From positions 116,885,934 through 116,949,933 of the forward strand of contig JAUZTB010000001.1 of the NCBI GenBank assembly GCA_034780895.1: 64,000 nt of DNA, in the 5' to 3' direction. The stretch is from Rhynchobatus australiae. Its lineage: Eukaryota. The position numbers and the translations under genes are program-made. Below are positions 1-13,342 of this stretch, in pieces; positions within the stretch are counted from its first letter, which is position 1, and each line of letters opens with the position of its first letter. The notes beneath the pieces were generated by a model, which saw only the letters and a list, made by a program, of their open reading frames with translations, had not been told where the DNA came from and did not search any database.

Positions 1-642
1 AGGTTTAATTTGTGTTCCTAGTGAATATTGTGTCTTTAATGCTATGTGCCTGTGATGCTGCTGCAAGTAAGTTTTTCATTGCACCTGCACATACATGTTC
101 TTGTGCTTATGATAATAAACTTGACTTTTGGGCATTTCATTACCACTTTGAAAGCAGTTAAAGATGAGCAATAAATGTAGATCTTTTCAGTGATGTCCTC
201 ATTCTGTTAATGAATAAACAAATACGTAGCAAAGGTACAAGTATTTCAATTAAAGAATAGATTAAAATCCCAGACAATAAATGAGAATTTGATTAGTGGC
301 TAAATGTTTGGTGACGCCAAGTGCTCTTGATTGAATGCCTTGGCTCTTTTCTGGTATGAGAAGTGTTCCATTGCTCTGGGATTATACTAGTATACCAATG
401 AGCTTTACATCATACCTTCAAAAATGATTGTTTAACAATGATTGTCGCACTGAACTAACATTGTAATGTTATTCCAGTGTAAAGTCATGTCATATGGTAA
501 TCACAGTCCAAATTCATAACCAGCATCTTCCTGATCAACCAGGAATATGGAAAGATTTACATGGAAGGTGGCATTAATCTATTTAAGTGTTGAAAATCAG
601 AAGCTAGTCCCTTAACTTTTCCTTCTATTCTGTAAATTTCAG

Positions 643-717
643 GAGCCAATGACGCCTCAGCAAACTACTCCTGCTGCTACATCTCCTATATTTGTACAGC
701 CTACTCCTTTGCCTAAG
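643..717 (+). CDS. CDC42BPB: CDC42BPB exon, linker before the C1 domain (EPMTPQQTTPAATSPIFVQPTPLPK)
   Basis: tttcag acceptor, AAG|gtaatg donor, 75 nt, phase 0/0; joins in frame to PKAHQ of the next exon, giving PK-PKAHQ as in MRCK-beta. Confidence 0.8.
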
Positions 718-759
718 GTAATGTTTTCTATACCTTAATAACTTGTATATTTCCTTACA

Positions 760-1085
760 ATACAGGACCGTTCAGCTTAGTGAATTTATGCTGGCTCTCA
801 GAGCAATCCCATTTACCCTTATTTTTCTGTAATCTATTCCCTCACACATTCCCATGAACACTGTTCTGATTCTCCTGCCACCCACATGCCCCAGGGAAAA
901 TTTGCGTTAGTTAACCTAACAACCAACAGTTTTTTTCTGGGATGTGGGAGGGAACCAGAGTATCGGAGGAAACCCACACGGTTACAGGGAAAAGGCGCAA
1001 ACTCCATACAACAACTCTGGAAGTCAGATTTGAACCCAGGTCACTGGAGGTTGCATTGTCTGCAGTGCCATTTTGCCACCGAAGT
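760..1085 (-). mobile_element. SINE (V-SINE/HE1-like), degenerate
   Basis: Reverse complement contains gggttcaaatctgac...cgtgtgggtttcctcc...ggtttcctcccacatccca, shared with the copies at 24530, 55270 and 57380. Confidence 0.7.
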
Positions 1086-1273
1086 TCAAGCCTCATTTAT
1101 TTCAGAATAATTTCTGTAAAATATTTCTAATGAAACTAGTGCAAAATGACAGGTTGAATGCCAACTGAATTCCAAACACTGAAAATTTTACTGAGTCCTG
1201 TTCAGTAGAGATGTTAATAGCTATATCAATTTACTATTTCTGATTTTGTACTACTATATTTTTAATTTCTCAG

Positions 1274-1379
1274 CCTAAAGCCCATCAGGTCAGCATCAGA
1301 AATTTCTCAAGCCCAACACAGTGTAGCCATTGTACATCCCTGATGGTGGGTTTAGTACGACAGGGATATGCCTGTGATG
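1274..1379 (+). CDS. CDC42BPB: CDC42BPB exon, C1 domain N-half ([35 protein letters not shown])
   Basis: ctcag acceptor, G|gtgagt donor; translation matches the MRCK C1 zinc finger. Confidence 0.96.
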
Positions 1380-1638
1380 GTGAGTGATACATTAGCATTA
1401 TCTGTACTAATACCTTTTGATATTCAGATTTAATGTTAGTTTTATAATATAAAACTTCTCAATTTGTAGAACTAATTTTGTACCTGTATTTTGTTTCAGT
1501 GCAGTATTAACACTGAGCAAATAATTGTGTAGTTACCGGGCAGTTTCCAAATTTCTGTACAGCAACTTCACTTTACTCATAATAAAATTCATTGCGTTTT
1601 ATTATAAAGTTAATAAAGGTTACTCATTTGTTCCATAG

Positions 1639-1775
1639 TTTGCTCATTTATTTGCCACGTATTGTGCAAAGATAGTGCCCCTCAAGTATGTCCTATTCCA
1701 TCTGAGCAAGCAAAGAGGCCACTTGGAATAGATGTCCAGAGGGGCATAGGAACTGCGTACAAAGGTTATGTCAAG
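1639..1775 (+). CDS. CDC42BPB: CDC42BPB exon, C1 C-half ([46 protein letters not shown])
   Basis: ccatag acceptor, AAG|gtatga donor, phase 1/0 consistent. Confidence 0.96.
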
Positions 1776-2443
1776 GTATGAATTTTTTTTCTCTGAATTT
1801 ATAGCAAAGATTACATAGGATTGTTCCACAGCATTTATTCAATATTGGACCATTCTGTTGTTTTGCATTTGTCACTGTATTTATTGTTGTATTTATTATT
1901 GCTAGGTATAGTCTTTACTCTGAGCTTGATGCAAGCAAAGAATTTCATTGCACCCTAGTGTATATGACAATAAACTAATCTAATCTAAATCACATTGGTA
2001 GGGTTAACACTACTGTGAAAGAATGGGAGTTCGTAGACTGACAGACAAAGCTGTCTCTTTGAAAAAATCCTGTTTAAATTTGTTAAGTTTTGAATGTTTA
2101 CAATGATGTTGTATATAACATAGGTGAAACAGAAGCATTGGGAGGCCATTAAAGTACCCTACCATCAACCTGAGTATCAATTGCAATAGGTGGCCAACTG
2201 CACCATAGTATTCATGTAGCTTTTCAGTTCTCATTGTACTTTTTAAAAACAGTGTACCTTTTTTGGAGATTTCATTTGTAAGGGATAATATCACCTAGTG
2301 CTTTTGTAACTGCAATAAATTAAAAGAGCAATAGTTGCCCAAATCTAAATAGTTGAGTAAAAAGGTATAAAAGTGGTGTAAAAGTAATTAGAGAAGACAG
2401 TTCACAACATAAAGGTTTAAAGGAATTTGTGCAGAGATTCTAA

Positions 2444-2686
<243 letters not shown>

Positions 2687-3049
2687 TAAAATGTGGATTA
2701 TTGATATTCTCTCCTTCAGACTAGAAAATATCAATGTATATTTACTTTAATTTGTGTGCTCTTAGAATGGAAAAATCATTCAATATTTGTGACTCTCTAT
2801 TTCTTCATGAATCCTAAACATTATTAATATTAGATTCACAACAATACTCTCTTGAGCTCTGCATCATTAAGCACTACTTAAATCGTTTACCATCCTTCAT
2901 TCTGTGACTTTCATGGCCTGACAATTAAAATCCCCATAGTATCAACTGGTTATTAAAATTGATGTGTGCTTTCTGCTTTTCGGGAAGGGAAACTGAAATC
3001 CAAAGCAATAAGGTTAATTGTAGATAAAGTGAAATAAGAGCAATAAATG

Positions 3050-3310
3050 TCAGAAATACTCAGCGGAACAGGGAAGATCTGTGGTGAGAAAGAAAAGACA
3101 AGTTAACATTTTGGGACCAGAGCCGTGGTTAACCACGGTAGGGGTGAAGCTCGATTTTCTGAGAAAGGAGGTCATCTCAGATGACCTGGGAAGAAGGCCT
3201 CATCTCAAGAACAGATGCGGCAGAGACAGAGAAACTGAGAGAAAGTCGGCCAGAAAGAATGACATCCTTACAAGAGACAGGGTGGGAAAAGGTGTAGTCT
3301 AGGTTGTTGT
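3050..3310 (-). mobile_element. Penelope-like retroelement relic (RT C-terminal region)
   Basis: - strand reads NLDYTFSHPVSCKDVI...SQFLCLCRICS.DEAFF, a typical Penelope segment. Confidence 0.65.
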
Positions 3311-3319
3311 GGGAATGGA

Positions 3320-5305
3320 TAAAGTTGGTCCTCAAGTTAAGGTCCTAAATTGGGGGAAGGCTGATTTCAATAGCGCAAGAGAAGACCTGGCAAAAATAAA
3401 TTGGGAGCAGATGCTTGTGGGTAAAACAACATTTGCCAACGAGGAGAATTTTAAAGGGGAATTAGCAAGAGTTCAGTGATGGCATGTTCCAGTAAGGGTG
3501 AAAGGAAAAGATGGCAGGTTTAGGGAACTTTGGATGATGAAGGTCATCGAAGGTTTGATCAAGAAAAAGAAGGAAGCATGCAACAGGTACAAGCAACTAC
3601 AATCAAGCAAGGAATATAGAGGGTGCAGGAGAGTACTTAAAAAAGGAAATTAGGAGGGCAAAATGAGGTCATGAAATATCCTTAGCAGGAAAGATTAAGG
3701 AAAAGTGGGTAGTATATTAGGAGCAAGAGGGTAGCTAGAGAAAAAGTGGGCCCCCTAGAGACCAAAGGGGTAATCTAAGATTGGAACCGGGGATGTAGGC
3801 AAGGTTCAAAAAGGAGTCTGCAGTCACCAAAGAGAAGGACATGGAGGATTGAGAGTTCACAGAAGAAGACATTGATTGTCTGGAGCACGTAGGTGTTTAT
3901 AAGGTGGAGGTATTAGATGCCTTGGAATGCATAAGAGTGGATAATTCGCCAGGGCCAGATGAGAGCTAGCCCAGAATGCTGGGGCCCTGATGGAAATTTT
4001 TGCATCTTCATTAGTCACTATCAAGGTACAAGAAAACAAAAGGATAGATAATGTTGCTCCTTTACTTAAGAATGGCAGCAGGGATAAGCCAGGTTTTTCC
4101 AGATAACATGAAAATTATTGGAGAAAATTCGAAGAGACAGGATTGATATACATTTGGAAATGCAAGGACTGATTAGGGATAGTCAGCATGGCTTTGTGAG
4201 GGGGAAATCCTGTCTCACTAATCTGGCTGAATTTTTTGAGGAGGTAACAAAGGGGATGGATGAAGGCAGAGCAGTGGATGTCATCTATATGTACTTTAGA
4301 AAGGCATTTAACAGATCTTGCATGNNNNNNNNNNNNNNNNNNNNNNNNNNNNNNNNNNNNNNNNNNNNNNNNNNNNNNNNNNNNNNNNNNNNNNNNNNNN
4401 NNNNNNNNNNNNNNNNNNNNNNNNGCATATGACTGGTATATGCAACTATAATCAAATGAGTCCCTTGAAGTGTAGGAGAATACTTAAGAAGAAAAATAAG
4501 AAGGTAAAAAGAGTGATGAAATAACTTTGGCAGGTAATATTACGGAGAATCATGTCATTCCTTAAATACATTAGAAGCAAGAGGGTAGCTAGAGAAAAAG
4601 TGGGTCCCCTTGGGGACCAAAGGAATAACCTTTAAGAATGATGTGATTTTTCTGGTGAGAATGCAGAGGAGGTTCACCAGGATGTTGCCTGGATTGGAGG
4701 ACTTTAGTTACGGGGAGAGATTGGATAGGCTGAGCTTGTTTTCTCTGGAGTGAAGGAGGCTAAGGCTGATAGACGTATGTAAGATTATGACAAGTATTGA
4801 TTGGGTAGATATTAAAACCTTTTTCCCATGGTAGAGGTAACAAAAACAAAAGGACATAGATTTAAGATGAGAGGTAAGAGATTTAAGAGGATCCTTGGGT
4901 AGGTTTTGTTTACACAGGGTGATTGAAATCTGGAATGCACTGTCAGAGGAGGTGGTGGAATCAGATACATTTACTTTGTTTAAGAGGTATTTAGATAGAC
5001 ACTTAAGTAGGCAAGGCATTAGAAGGATACAGTCTAAATGCAATTAGTGTTGATGGGGGAGAAAGGGTCAGCATGGACGCAGTGGGCCAAAGGACCTGTT
5101 TCTGTGCTCTACAGCTCTATGATTCTGAGTTATCCCACCACCAGGGTTAAACTGACTGGTCTAGTTACTGGATGTAACCTGGTCCAGATGAGATGCATCC
5201 CAGATTGCTAAGGGGAGGAAATTGCACGGGTCCTGGTCATAATTGTTCAAATGTAGATACAAAAGTGGTGCCTGAGGACTGGAAAATTGCAAATGATAAA
5301 CTCTT
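3320..5305 (+). mobile_element. CR1 LINE fragments (ORF2 RT region plus 3' end), several copies
   Basis: GLIRDSQHGFVRGKSCLTNLAEFFEEVTKGMDEGRAVDVIYM (ORF 4118); CR1 3' tail near 5080-5125. Confidence 0.9.
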
Positions 5306-5619
5306 NNNNNNNNNNNNNNNNNNNNNNNNNNNNNNNNNNNNNNNNNNNNNNNNNNNNNNNNNNNNNNNNNNNNNNNNNNNNNNNNNNNNNNNNNNNNNNN
5401 NNNNNNNNNNNNNNNNNNNNNNNNNNNNNNNNNNNNNNNNNNNNNNNNNNNNNNNNNNNNNNNNNNNNNNNNNNNNNNNNNNNNNNNNNNAAGGGAACAA
5501 GTTGATATAGTATAAATGGACTAAGTACTTAGTTAATACCTTAAGTGGATGTCCTAGTACTAACTTCTAGAGAACACTAGACCTCTCTCTGATCCGAAAA
5601 ATAACTTTTCGCTGTTCTC

Positions 5620-6830
5620 TTCGTAGGAAAGGGTTTTTTTGACCAGAGGGAAGTGTGCAATAGAGTTCCCCAGGTGTCACTACTAGGACCACAAGTTCAC
5701 TTAATGACTAGGACATTTTTAAAAATTCATTCAAGGGATGTAGACTTCGCAGGCTGAGCTCACATTTATTACCCATCCCTAATTGCTCTTGAAGGTGGTG
5801 GTGAGCTGCCTTCTTGAACTACTACAGTACTTGAGGTGTAGATGTACTCACAATGATGTCAGGAAGGGAGTTCTAGGATTTTGGCCTAGTGACAGTGAAG
5901 GAGTGACAATATGATGTGTGGCCTGGAGGGAACTTCCAAGTGGTGGTGTTCCATGCTTTTGCTGCCTTTGTGTTGAAAGTGCTACCTAAGGGGTTTTGAT
6001 GAGCTGCTGCTGTGCATCTTCTGGATGATGCAAACTGCTGTGCATCGATGGTGGAGTGAGTGAATATGTGGGGGTCCGTATCAAGCAGGCTGCTATGACT
6101 TGAGTGCAAGTGGCCAGATTTCCAGATGTGCAAATGACAGAAGCCTGGAGATGTAGTGAATTGTGAGGAGGATAGTAATAAACTTCAAAAAGGTATAGAC
6201 GGGTGGGTGGCTGATGAAATTTGATGTTGAGGAATGTTGACTGTGGTAGGAAGAATGAGAAGGAGCAATAGAAAATAGAGGGAACAATTCCTAAAAGGAG
6301 TAAATGAAAAGAGAGAGCTTGGATATACGTGCATAGTTTGTTGAAAATGCTAGTGCTATTTGAGAAAGTGTTTAAAACACACAGGGTGCTGGTCTTTATA
6401 AATAGAGACATAGAGTACAAAAGCAAGGANNNNNNNNNNNAACCTTTTATAAAAAAAAACTGGTTCAGTCACAACTGAAGTATTGTGTCCAGTTCTGGGT
6501 GACATGCTCCAGGAAGGATGTAAAGTTTTTATGGAGGGCACAGAAAAGATATGACGTCAAGGATGAGGGACTTCAGTTATGTGGATAGACCAGAAGATCT
6601 AGGGGTTTTTTTTCGGAACAAAGCAGGCTGCAAGGGGATCGGAAAGAACCTTTTCAAAATCAAGAAAGGTGTAGGCAGAGAAATTAGAGAAAAGCTGGTT
6701 CCTTTGGCAGTGGGGTCAATTACTGGACAACATAGAATGCAGGTGAGTGGCAAAAGAACATCTCTTATGCAACGAATGGTTAGGATCTGCAAAGCAACGT
6801 CAGAGGTGGCGTGGAGGCAGATGCTCCAGT
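5620..6830. mobile_element. Degenerate CR1 (+) with a second LINE-family fragment (-) at ~5730-6110
   Basis: CR1-type gaagtattgtgtccagttctgg at ~6478; 5760-6110 resembles 10490-10900 and 60400-60700. Confidence 0.65.
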
Positions 6831-7416
6831 AGTTTATCTTGATCTTTATTACATGTTCTTTGGATTTAATCCCTAATGTGTGGAATTCAAATTAATCCAA
6901 GCATCTCAGTGTAAATTACTTCAATTTCATTTTACAGCAAATAGTTGTGCCAAATTCAGTACAAATTACTTTACCCAGTGCATTCCTGTCCAAAGACTTA
7001 GCCTCAGTGGAATATTATTGGAAACCCCAAGTTACAGTGGGTGACGAGAGACGAAGCTCAGAATCATTTAATGAATCAGAAACAATTTTATTTAGAATTA
7101 TCTCGGGAGATGTTTTATAATTAGAAATAGTTGAGGTGGTATAGCTTCTGGTGATTATCCATAAATTTGTTCCAAAACACACCCCATCCACCATGTTTTT
7201 TTACATCTACTCACAATGTTGTCCAAGGACCAATAAATGGCTTAATGTCCATATGTTAGCCATAAGGTTTATTTGTAGAAGATGGGGAAACTGATATCGG
7301 GAGTGTGTTCCTTTTTTTAAGAAACTGTAGAAGTTCTTCTTACAACCTTCACGTTGTTAAGATGTCATCGAAATGTATATAATGTGTGATTAATGTTGTA
7401 AAATTTTAATTTGCAG

Positions 7417-7498
7417 AGATGAAGCTTTTTCAGTGAGTTCAGTATTTGCATCCGATGTAATTCATGCTACGCGGAAGGATATTCCTTGCATTTTCAAG
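7417..7498 (+). CDS. CDC42BPB: CDC42BPB exon, PH domain ([27 protein letters not shown])
   Basis: ttgcag acceptor, AAG|gttagc donor, phase 2/0. Confidence 0.96.
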
Positions 7499-8273
7499 GT
7501 TAGCATTAATCTCTCAAAATTAATCTTAATTATGCAGTTCTTATGATTCCTCCCTGGCATAACATCCAATAGAAATACATGAAATGAGTTTCAGTTCTGC
7601 ATGGATGCCCTTAATCCATATACTAGTTTCATACCATTAATGAATAACAGAATCTGTCTGAACTCCAACTTGAATAATTGGAATGAAAGTCGTCTTTGTC
7701 GGGCATCAGTAGGAAGCCTCCCGCCATCATCCACTCAACACCTCAACCCTGCTGATTTTCACTACTGAATTTTATTGGCCCCCATCCACGTGATCCACAC
7801 TTCCCTCCCCTTTCTCATGCATGGGCCCTCCAAATGTGGTCAACTCTTCAACTTCAATCCGAATGGATCCTTTTCATACGTACTATCCTTTCTCTGATCC
7901 AGCCTTTGAGTTCGTCTCCCCAACTCTCATTCTCTGCAATGGCAGGACATTGTGGAAGAGAGACCTATTCTGCACCATGCAATGTCATAGACACCATGAG
8001 TAGTATATTGGAGGCTGCCTTCAGCCATCCAGTCCAGGAGTAGGAGGTCCCATTGGAGGTGTTCATACTCAAATTCGTGATTTTGTTTTGTAGTTCTATG
8101 GCACATTCTGCATTACATCTTATGCTGAAGGACAAAGATATTTGCGTATAAAACTTGATTAGCAATTTTTTGTTCTTGTGGAAAAATCAAAACACATGCT
8201 GTTTACAGGAAGAAAGGTTGATTACGTAAATGCAATGTATTGATGAATATAACTCCATCACTTTGTTCTGTAG

Positions 8274-8490
8274 GTGACAACTATGCTCCTCTCCTCACCG
8301 TCAAGGACTTGTTCATTGCTTATTCTAACAGAAAGTGAAAGTGAGAAGAGGAAATGGGTTGGAATCCTGGAAGGGCTACNNNNNNNNNNNNNNNNNNNNN
8401 NNNNNNNNNNNNNNNNNNNNNNNNNNNNNNNNNNNNNNNNTGATAGTACACTGCCTTTTATTAAAACAAGTTTGTCTGCTGCTGTTATAG
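8274..8490 (+). CDS. CDC42BPB: CDC42BPB exon, PH end / CNH start ([35 protein letters not shown]...[16 protein letters not shown]); contains 61 N
   Basis: ctgtag acceptor, G|gtaagt donor; reading frame preserved across the N run. Confidence 0.93.
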
Positions 8491-8583
8491 GTAAGTTAAT
8501 TGGTATTTTTTTCTTGGATAACAAATATAATTTCTAATTAGAGTTTGTTTTTTCACATCAAACCTCATTTGTTTTTCTCCTAG

Positions 8584-8646
8584 ATCGTGAGCGTATAGCT
8601 CTAGGCACAGAGGAAGGACTTTATGCAGTAGAGCTAACACGAGATA
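8584..8646 (+). CDS. CDC42BPB: CDC42BPB exon, CNH domain (DRERIALGTEEGLYAVELTRD)
   Basis: ctcctag acceptor, A|gtaagc donor, phase 1/1. Confidence 0.95.
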
Positions 8647-8901
8647 GTAAGCTACTAAATAATCAATTTACTTCTTTAAGGTTTTCAGCAGTAATTGTAA
8701 TTGAACACTATTACTGATTTTAAAAATGTATATTCTAACAGGTTAAAATAAATTATAGAAATTAAGTTTTCTAAACAATTTACTAAATGTAGAAAGGTTT
8801 AAAGAGTCAGTAGATGATCAAAATGTAAAGTAATTGCATTATTATAAATTCTGAATGCAGGAAGTCTTGCATTGTACAAAATAAATCTTCTCTGATTGCA
8901 G

Positions 8902-9498
8902 TGATAATACGTGCAGCTGACTGTAAAAAAGTCCACCAGATTGAGCTTCTTCCCAAAGAAAATCTCATTGTCATTATTTGTGGCCGAAACCGACATGTTC
9001 ATTTTTATCCATGGGCTGCTTTTGATGGACCTGAGACCACCTTTGATGTTAAACTTGCTGAAACAAAAGGCTGCCAGACTATGGTAACTGGATCTTTGCG
9101 GCAGGGTATTGTGAGCTGTCTCTTTGTGGCAGTGAAACGGCAGGTCTTGTGCTATGAAACTAGCCGAACTAAACCTTATTATAAGAAATTCAATGAGATT
9201 CAGGCCCCAGGCAACGTGCAATGGATGATGGTCTTTGAAGAAAGGCTATGTATTGGCTACCCTTCTGGATTTTCACTGCTTAATGTCCAGGGAGATGGAC
9301 CTTCCATTAACCTTGTAAATGCAATGGACACTTCGCTTGCATTTCTTTCTCAACAACTTTTTGATGCGCTATGTGCTGTGCAGATTAGCAGTAAAGAGTA
9401 CTTGCTGTGCTTCAGCCACATTGGTGTATATGTGGATTTGCAAGGCAGAAGATCACGCATGCAAGAGTTAATGTGGCCTGCAGTTCCTGTGGCCTGCG
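8902..9498 (+). CDS. CDC42BPB: CDC42BPB large CNH-domain exon ([16 protein letters not shown]...[12 protein letters not shown])
   Basis: ttgcag acceptor, G|gtatgt donor; lies in ORF 8901..9611 and matches the MRCK-beta CNH domain. Confidence 0.98.
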
Positions 9499-10459
9499 GT
9501 ATGTATACTTTTGCTCATTATGTTGGTTGCTATTGTTTTTTTTTGCATTTTCTGTTTGGTCAGATTCTTTCTGGCTTTAGTATAAATTCGTCACCTATAG
9601 GGAGCCTTTGAATGCATTATCTCTGTAATATCCCAAGCCATTTCATATATAAGAAATCTAATAATTCTCCATTCAATTGAATGGAGAAATATTAAGGAAT
9701 TTGGGGTTCAAGAAGATTTTGTGTATTCTATACTTAGTATTTTTTAAACAATCCTCTTGTTAATAGATCAGGTAGTGAATGGATCAACGCACAAATAAAC
9801 TTGTTTGACCTGGTCCTCGCCAATCTCTCTGTTCCAGATGCATTTTATTTTATTCATTTTTCAGGGTGTGGACATTAAATTCAAAGCCAGCNNNNNNNNN
9901 NNNNNNNNNNNNNNNNNNNNNNNNNNNNNNNNNNNNNNNNNNNNNNNNNNNNNNNNNNNNNNNNNNNNNNNNNNNNNNNNNNNNNNNNNNNNNNNNNNNN
10001 NNNNNNNNNNNNNNNNNNNNNNNNNNNNNNNNNNNNNNNNNNNNNNNNNNNNNNNNNNNNNNNNNNNNNNNNNNNNNNNNNNNNNNNNNNNNNNNNNNNN
10101 NNNNNNNNNNNNNNNNNNNNNNNNNNNNNNNNNNNNNNNNNNNNNNNNNNNNNNNNNNNNNNNNNNNNNNNNNNNNNNNNNNNNNNNNNNNNNNNNNNNN
10201 NNNNNNNNNNNNNNNNNNNNNNNNNNNNNNNNNNNNNNNNNNNNNNNNNNNNNNNNNNNNNNNNNNNNNNNNNNNNNNNNNNNNNNNNNNNNNNNNNNNN
10301 NNNNNNNNNNNNNNNNNNNNNNNNNNNNNNNNNNNNNNNNNNNNNNNNNNNNNNNNNNNNNNNNNNNNNNNNNNNNNNNNNNNNNNNNNNNNNNNNNNNN
10401 NNNNNNNNNNNNNNNNNNNNNNNNNNNNNNNNNNNNNNNNNNNNNNNNNNNNNNNNNNN

Positions 10460-11800
10460 GGTGTGGACATTAAATTCAAAGCCAGCACTTAATGCCTATC
10501 CCTAATTGCCCTAGAAATGGTGGGAATGAGCCATCTTGTTGATCAATTGCACTCCTCATGAAGGTGCTTTCAGAGTGCTGTTGGGAGTTCTGGCAAGTAG
10601 ACCTATCAATGATGAAGAAATGGAAACGTATTTCTAGTCAGGAAGATGCGCAACTTGTGCAGATGGTGCCTGTTGCTGTTGTCCATGTTGTTAGTAAAGG
10701 CTGCAGAACTGGAAGGTGGTGGTGCTGGAGTAGTCTAGGATAGTAACTGCAGAGCATTTTGTAGCTAGCATACACTATAGCCACTGTGTGTTGGTGGTAG
10801 GGAAAGATATGATTAGGGTGATAGTTGAGGTGCTGGTCAAGTAGGTTTCTCACCACAGCTGGATGGTGTGATGTTTCCTAAGAGTTGTTGGCACTGCACT
10901 TACCCAGGCAAGTGAAGGCTATTCCATCACACTTCTATCTTGTGCATTTTAGGATGGTGGAAAATCTTTGAGATGTCAGGAAGTGGCTCATTTGTCATAG
11001 ACAACTTGATCTTTGGTGGGTGCAGTTAGGTTTCTGGTCAGTGGTGACCCCCACACCCCCAGGACAGCAATGATAATAGAATGTCATGTCAAGGATGTTT
11101 CAGGAGATGGAGACAAGCATTGCCTCACACTTTAGTAGCTCAACTGCTAATTGTCACCTCCTAGCCTGTACATAAGTGTCATCAAGGTCTTGTTGCGCGC
11201 AGGTATACGCTGGTTCAATTGTTGAGAAACTGCAAATTTAGTTGAATATTGTGCAGTTGTCAGCAAACATTCCCACTTCTGACCTTAAGGCAGAAGGAAG
11301 GTCATTGATGAACCAACCATGGTTGGTCTTTGGACAGTATGTTGAGGAGCTCTGGTAGTAATGTCCTGGGTCTGGGATAATTGACCTCCAACAACCACAA
11401 CTATCTTCCTCTGTGACTTATGACTCGAAACATTGGTATGCTTTACAAATCAACACTAGTTTTACCTGGGCTCATTGATGGCACACTCAATCAAGTGTTG
11501 CATTCATGACAAGGGCCAGCACTCTCACCTCACCTCAGAATTCAGTGCTTTGCTCCATGCTTGGACTGAGGCTTCAATGAATTCTTGAGCTGAGAGGTCC
11601 TGGCAAAACTCAAACTGAGCATCAGTGAGCAGGCTATGGGTAAGTACGTGCTGCTTAATGATACAGTGGATAATACCTTCCATCACTCTGCCACCTGAGT
11701 AATTTTCCATATGGTTGAGTAGATGCCAGTGTTGTAGCAGCAGGCGCAGCTGCTTCTATAGCTCAAATCTTCAGTTTTACATCTGGGACATTGTTTGGTT
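10460..11800 (-). mobile_element. CR1/L2-clade LINE fragment
   Basis: ORF 11525-11710 HSLLTDAQFEFCQDLSAQEFIEASVQAWSKALNSEVR is a degenerate RT QFGFR region. Confidence 0.8.
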
Positions 11801-13055
11801 CCCTAGCATTTTGTTCTACCCATTATTCCATGACCGTGTTGGTCAAAGTTACCATCACATAATTCTGCTGGATTAAAGTTCTGAATTCACACCCAGCTCA
11901 TCATCCATCCTATTGTGCTAATTAGGATAGACATGGATTGAACTGGCAGCTTAAAACTGGATATCCATGAGGCACCGATAAATATCAGCAGCAGCAGAAA
12001 TGTATTCTATCACAATCTGTAACCATAAATGAGATGCCACGATGCTGGACAATGTGCATGCTAAACAGGAAAATCTATCCTTGGACAATTAAGCAGCTAA
12101 TGGAATTGGGGGTCCGAGGACATTGCCATCCTCAGCTGTAAATACTCAGCAGGTCAGGTCACATCACATCTATGAGAAGAGAAACAGAGTTAACATTTTG
12201 TGTCAAAGACACTTCATTAGAACTGGGAATCCTCAACTGTATGTCCGCTTATCAAGACCTCTCAGGGTCTCTTATGTTTCATTTGTCCCCTCTCACTCTT
12301 CTAGACATCATTGGATACAAGCCTAGCCTCTTTAAACTATTCTCATAAGACAACCAGCCCTTTCTGTGTATTTCTCTGGTAAACTTCTCTGAAATGCTTC
12401 CAAAGCATTACCATCCTTCTTTAAATAAGAGGACCAAATAGAGTAGACAGTTCTCCAAATGTGATCTCACCAAGGCCTTGTAACTGAAACATAACTTGCA
12501 TCATCTAGAGTTCCTCTAGAAATAAATAAAGTTCTTTTAGCTTTCTTTATTTCGTACTGCATACTAGCTGTTTGTGAATCATGCACTAGGATACCCAAAT
12601 CTCTCTGCAGTCACTCATTTAGATAATGTGCTGCTGCTATTTATCTTGCCAAAAAAGCAAAATTATACCCCCATTTTCCCACTTATTTAACTTGCCTGTA
12701 TCCCTTTGCAGCCTCCTTGTCCTCTTCACAATTTAGTCTCAATCCAATTAATGTCAGATTCCCTACTGCATTGTTTGATTGTCAACTATGACTCTGTTGG
12801 TTGCACCATTGTTAGAAGACTGTGGGTTCAAGTATCATTCCAAGAATTCTAATGCAATACAAAGGGCATGCAATTCTATTTGGCGTGCCATCTTTCAGAT
12901 ATGATGTTGAACTGAGGCCCTATCTGCTATAATATCTTTTAAACCAATGCAAACAGTTACAGAAATCATACTTAGTGGATGTAACCTGAACCTGAAATTC
13001 TCATGCATGGGTTTAGCCAATTTTGGACAAATTTCACTGGAGATANNNNNNNNNN

Positions 13056-13152
13056 TTATGCTACTTCATATCTAACAATTTACAGTGAGTATGGTGTGGA
13101 TGTCTTCGATGTGAATACCATGGAATGGGTCCAAACAATTCCTCTTAGAAAG
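13056..13152 (+). CDS. CDC42BPB: CDC42BPB exon, CNH ([32 protein letters not shown]); acceptor hidden in the N run
   Basis: Translation matches MRCK; AAG|gtactg donor; 5' boundary lies in N 13046-13055. Confidence 0.93.
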
Positions 13153-13257
13153 GTACTGTTGGTGGTTGCAGTGTCTAAATACAAAGATCTGTTCTTACAA
13201 TGACATTACTCAGCTTCAGCTTTGCATTAATAAGATTTATTTGATTTCTGTAACTAG

Positions 13258-13342
13258 ATCCGACCAGTAAATGCTGATGGCACACTAAATCAGCTCAACT
13301 CGGAACCTCCAAGGTTAATATATTTCAAGAATAACTTTTCAG
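13258..13342 (+). CDS. CDC42BPB: CDC42BPB exon ([28 protein letters not shown])
   Basis: aactag acceptor, G|gtttgt donor, phase 0/1. Confidence 0.95.

Noticed and set aside
8799-9221. 140-aa antisense ORF
   Set aside because: Shadow frame of the CDC42BPB CNH exon
9865-10486. Identical 27-bp direct repeat flanking a large N gap
   Set aside because: The copies directly abut both gap edges; most likely an unmerged contig overlap, not an LTR or TSD
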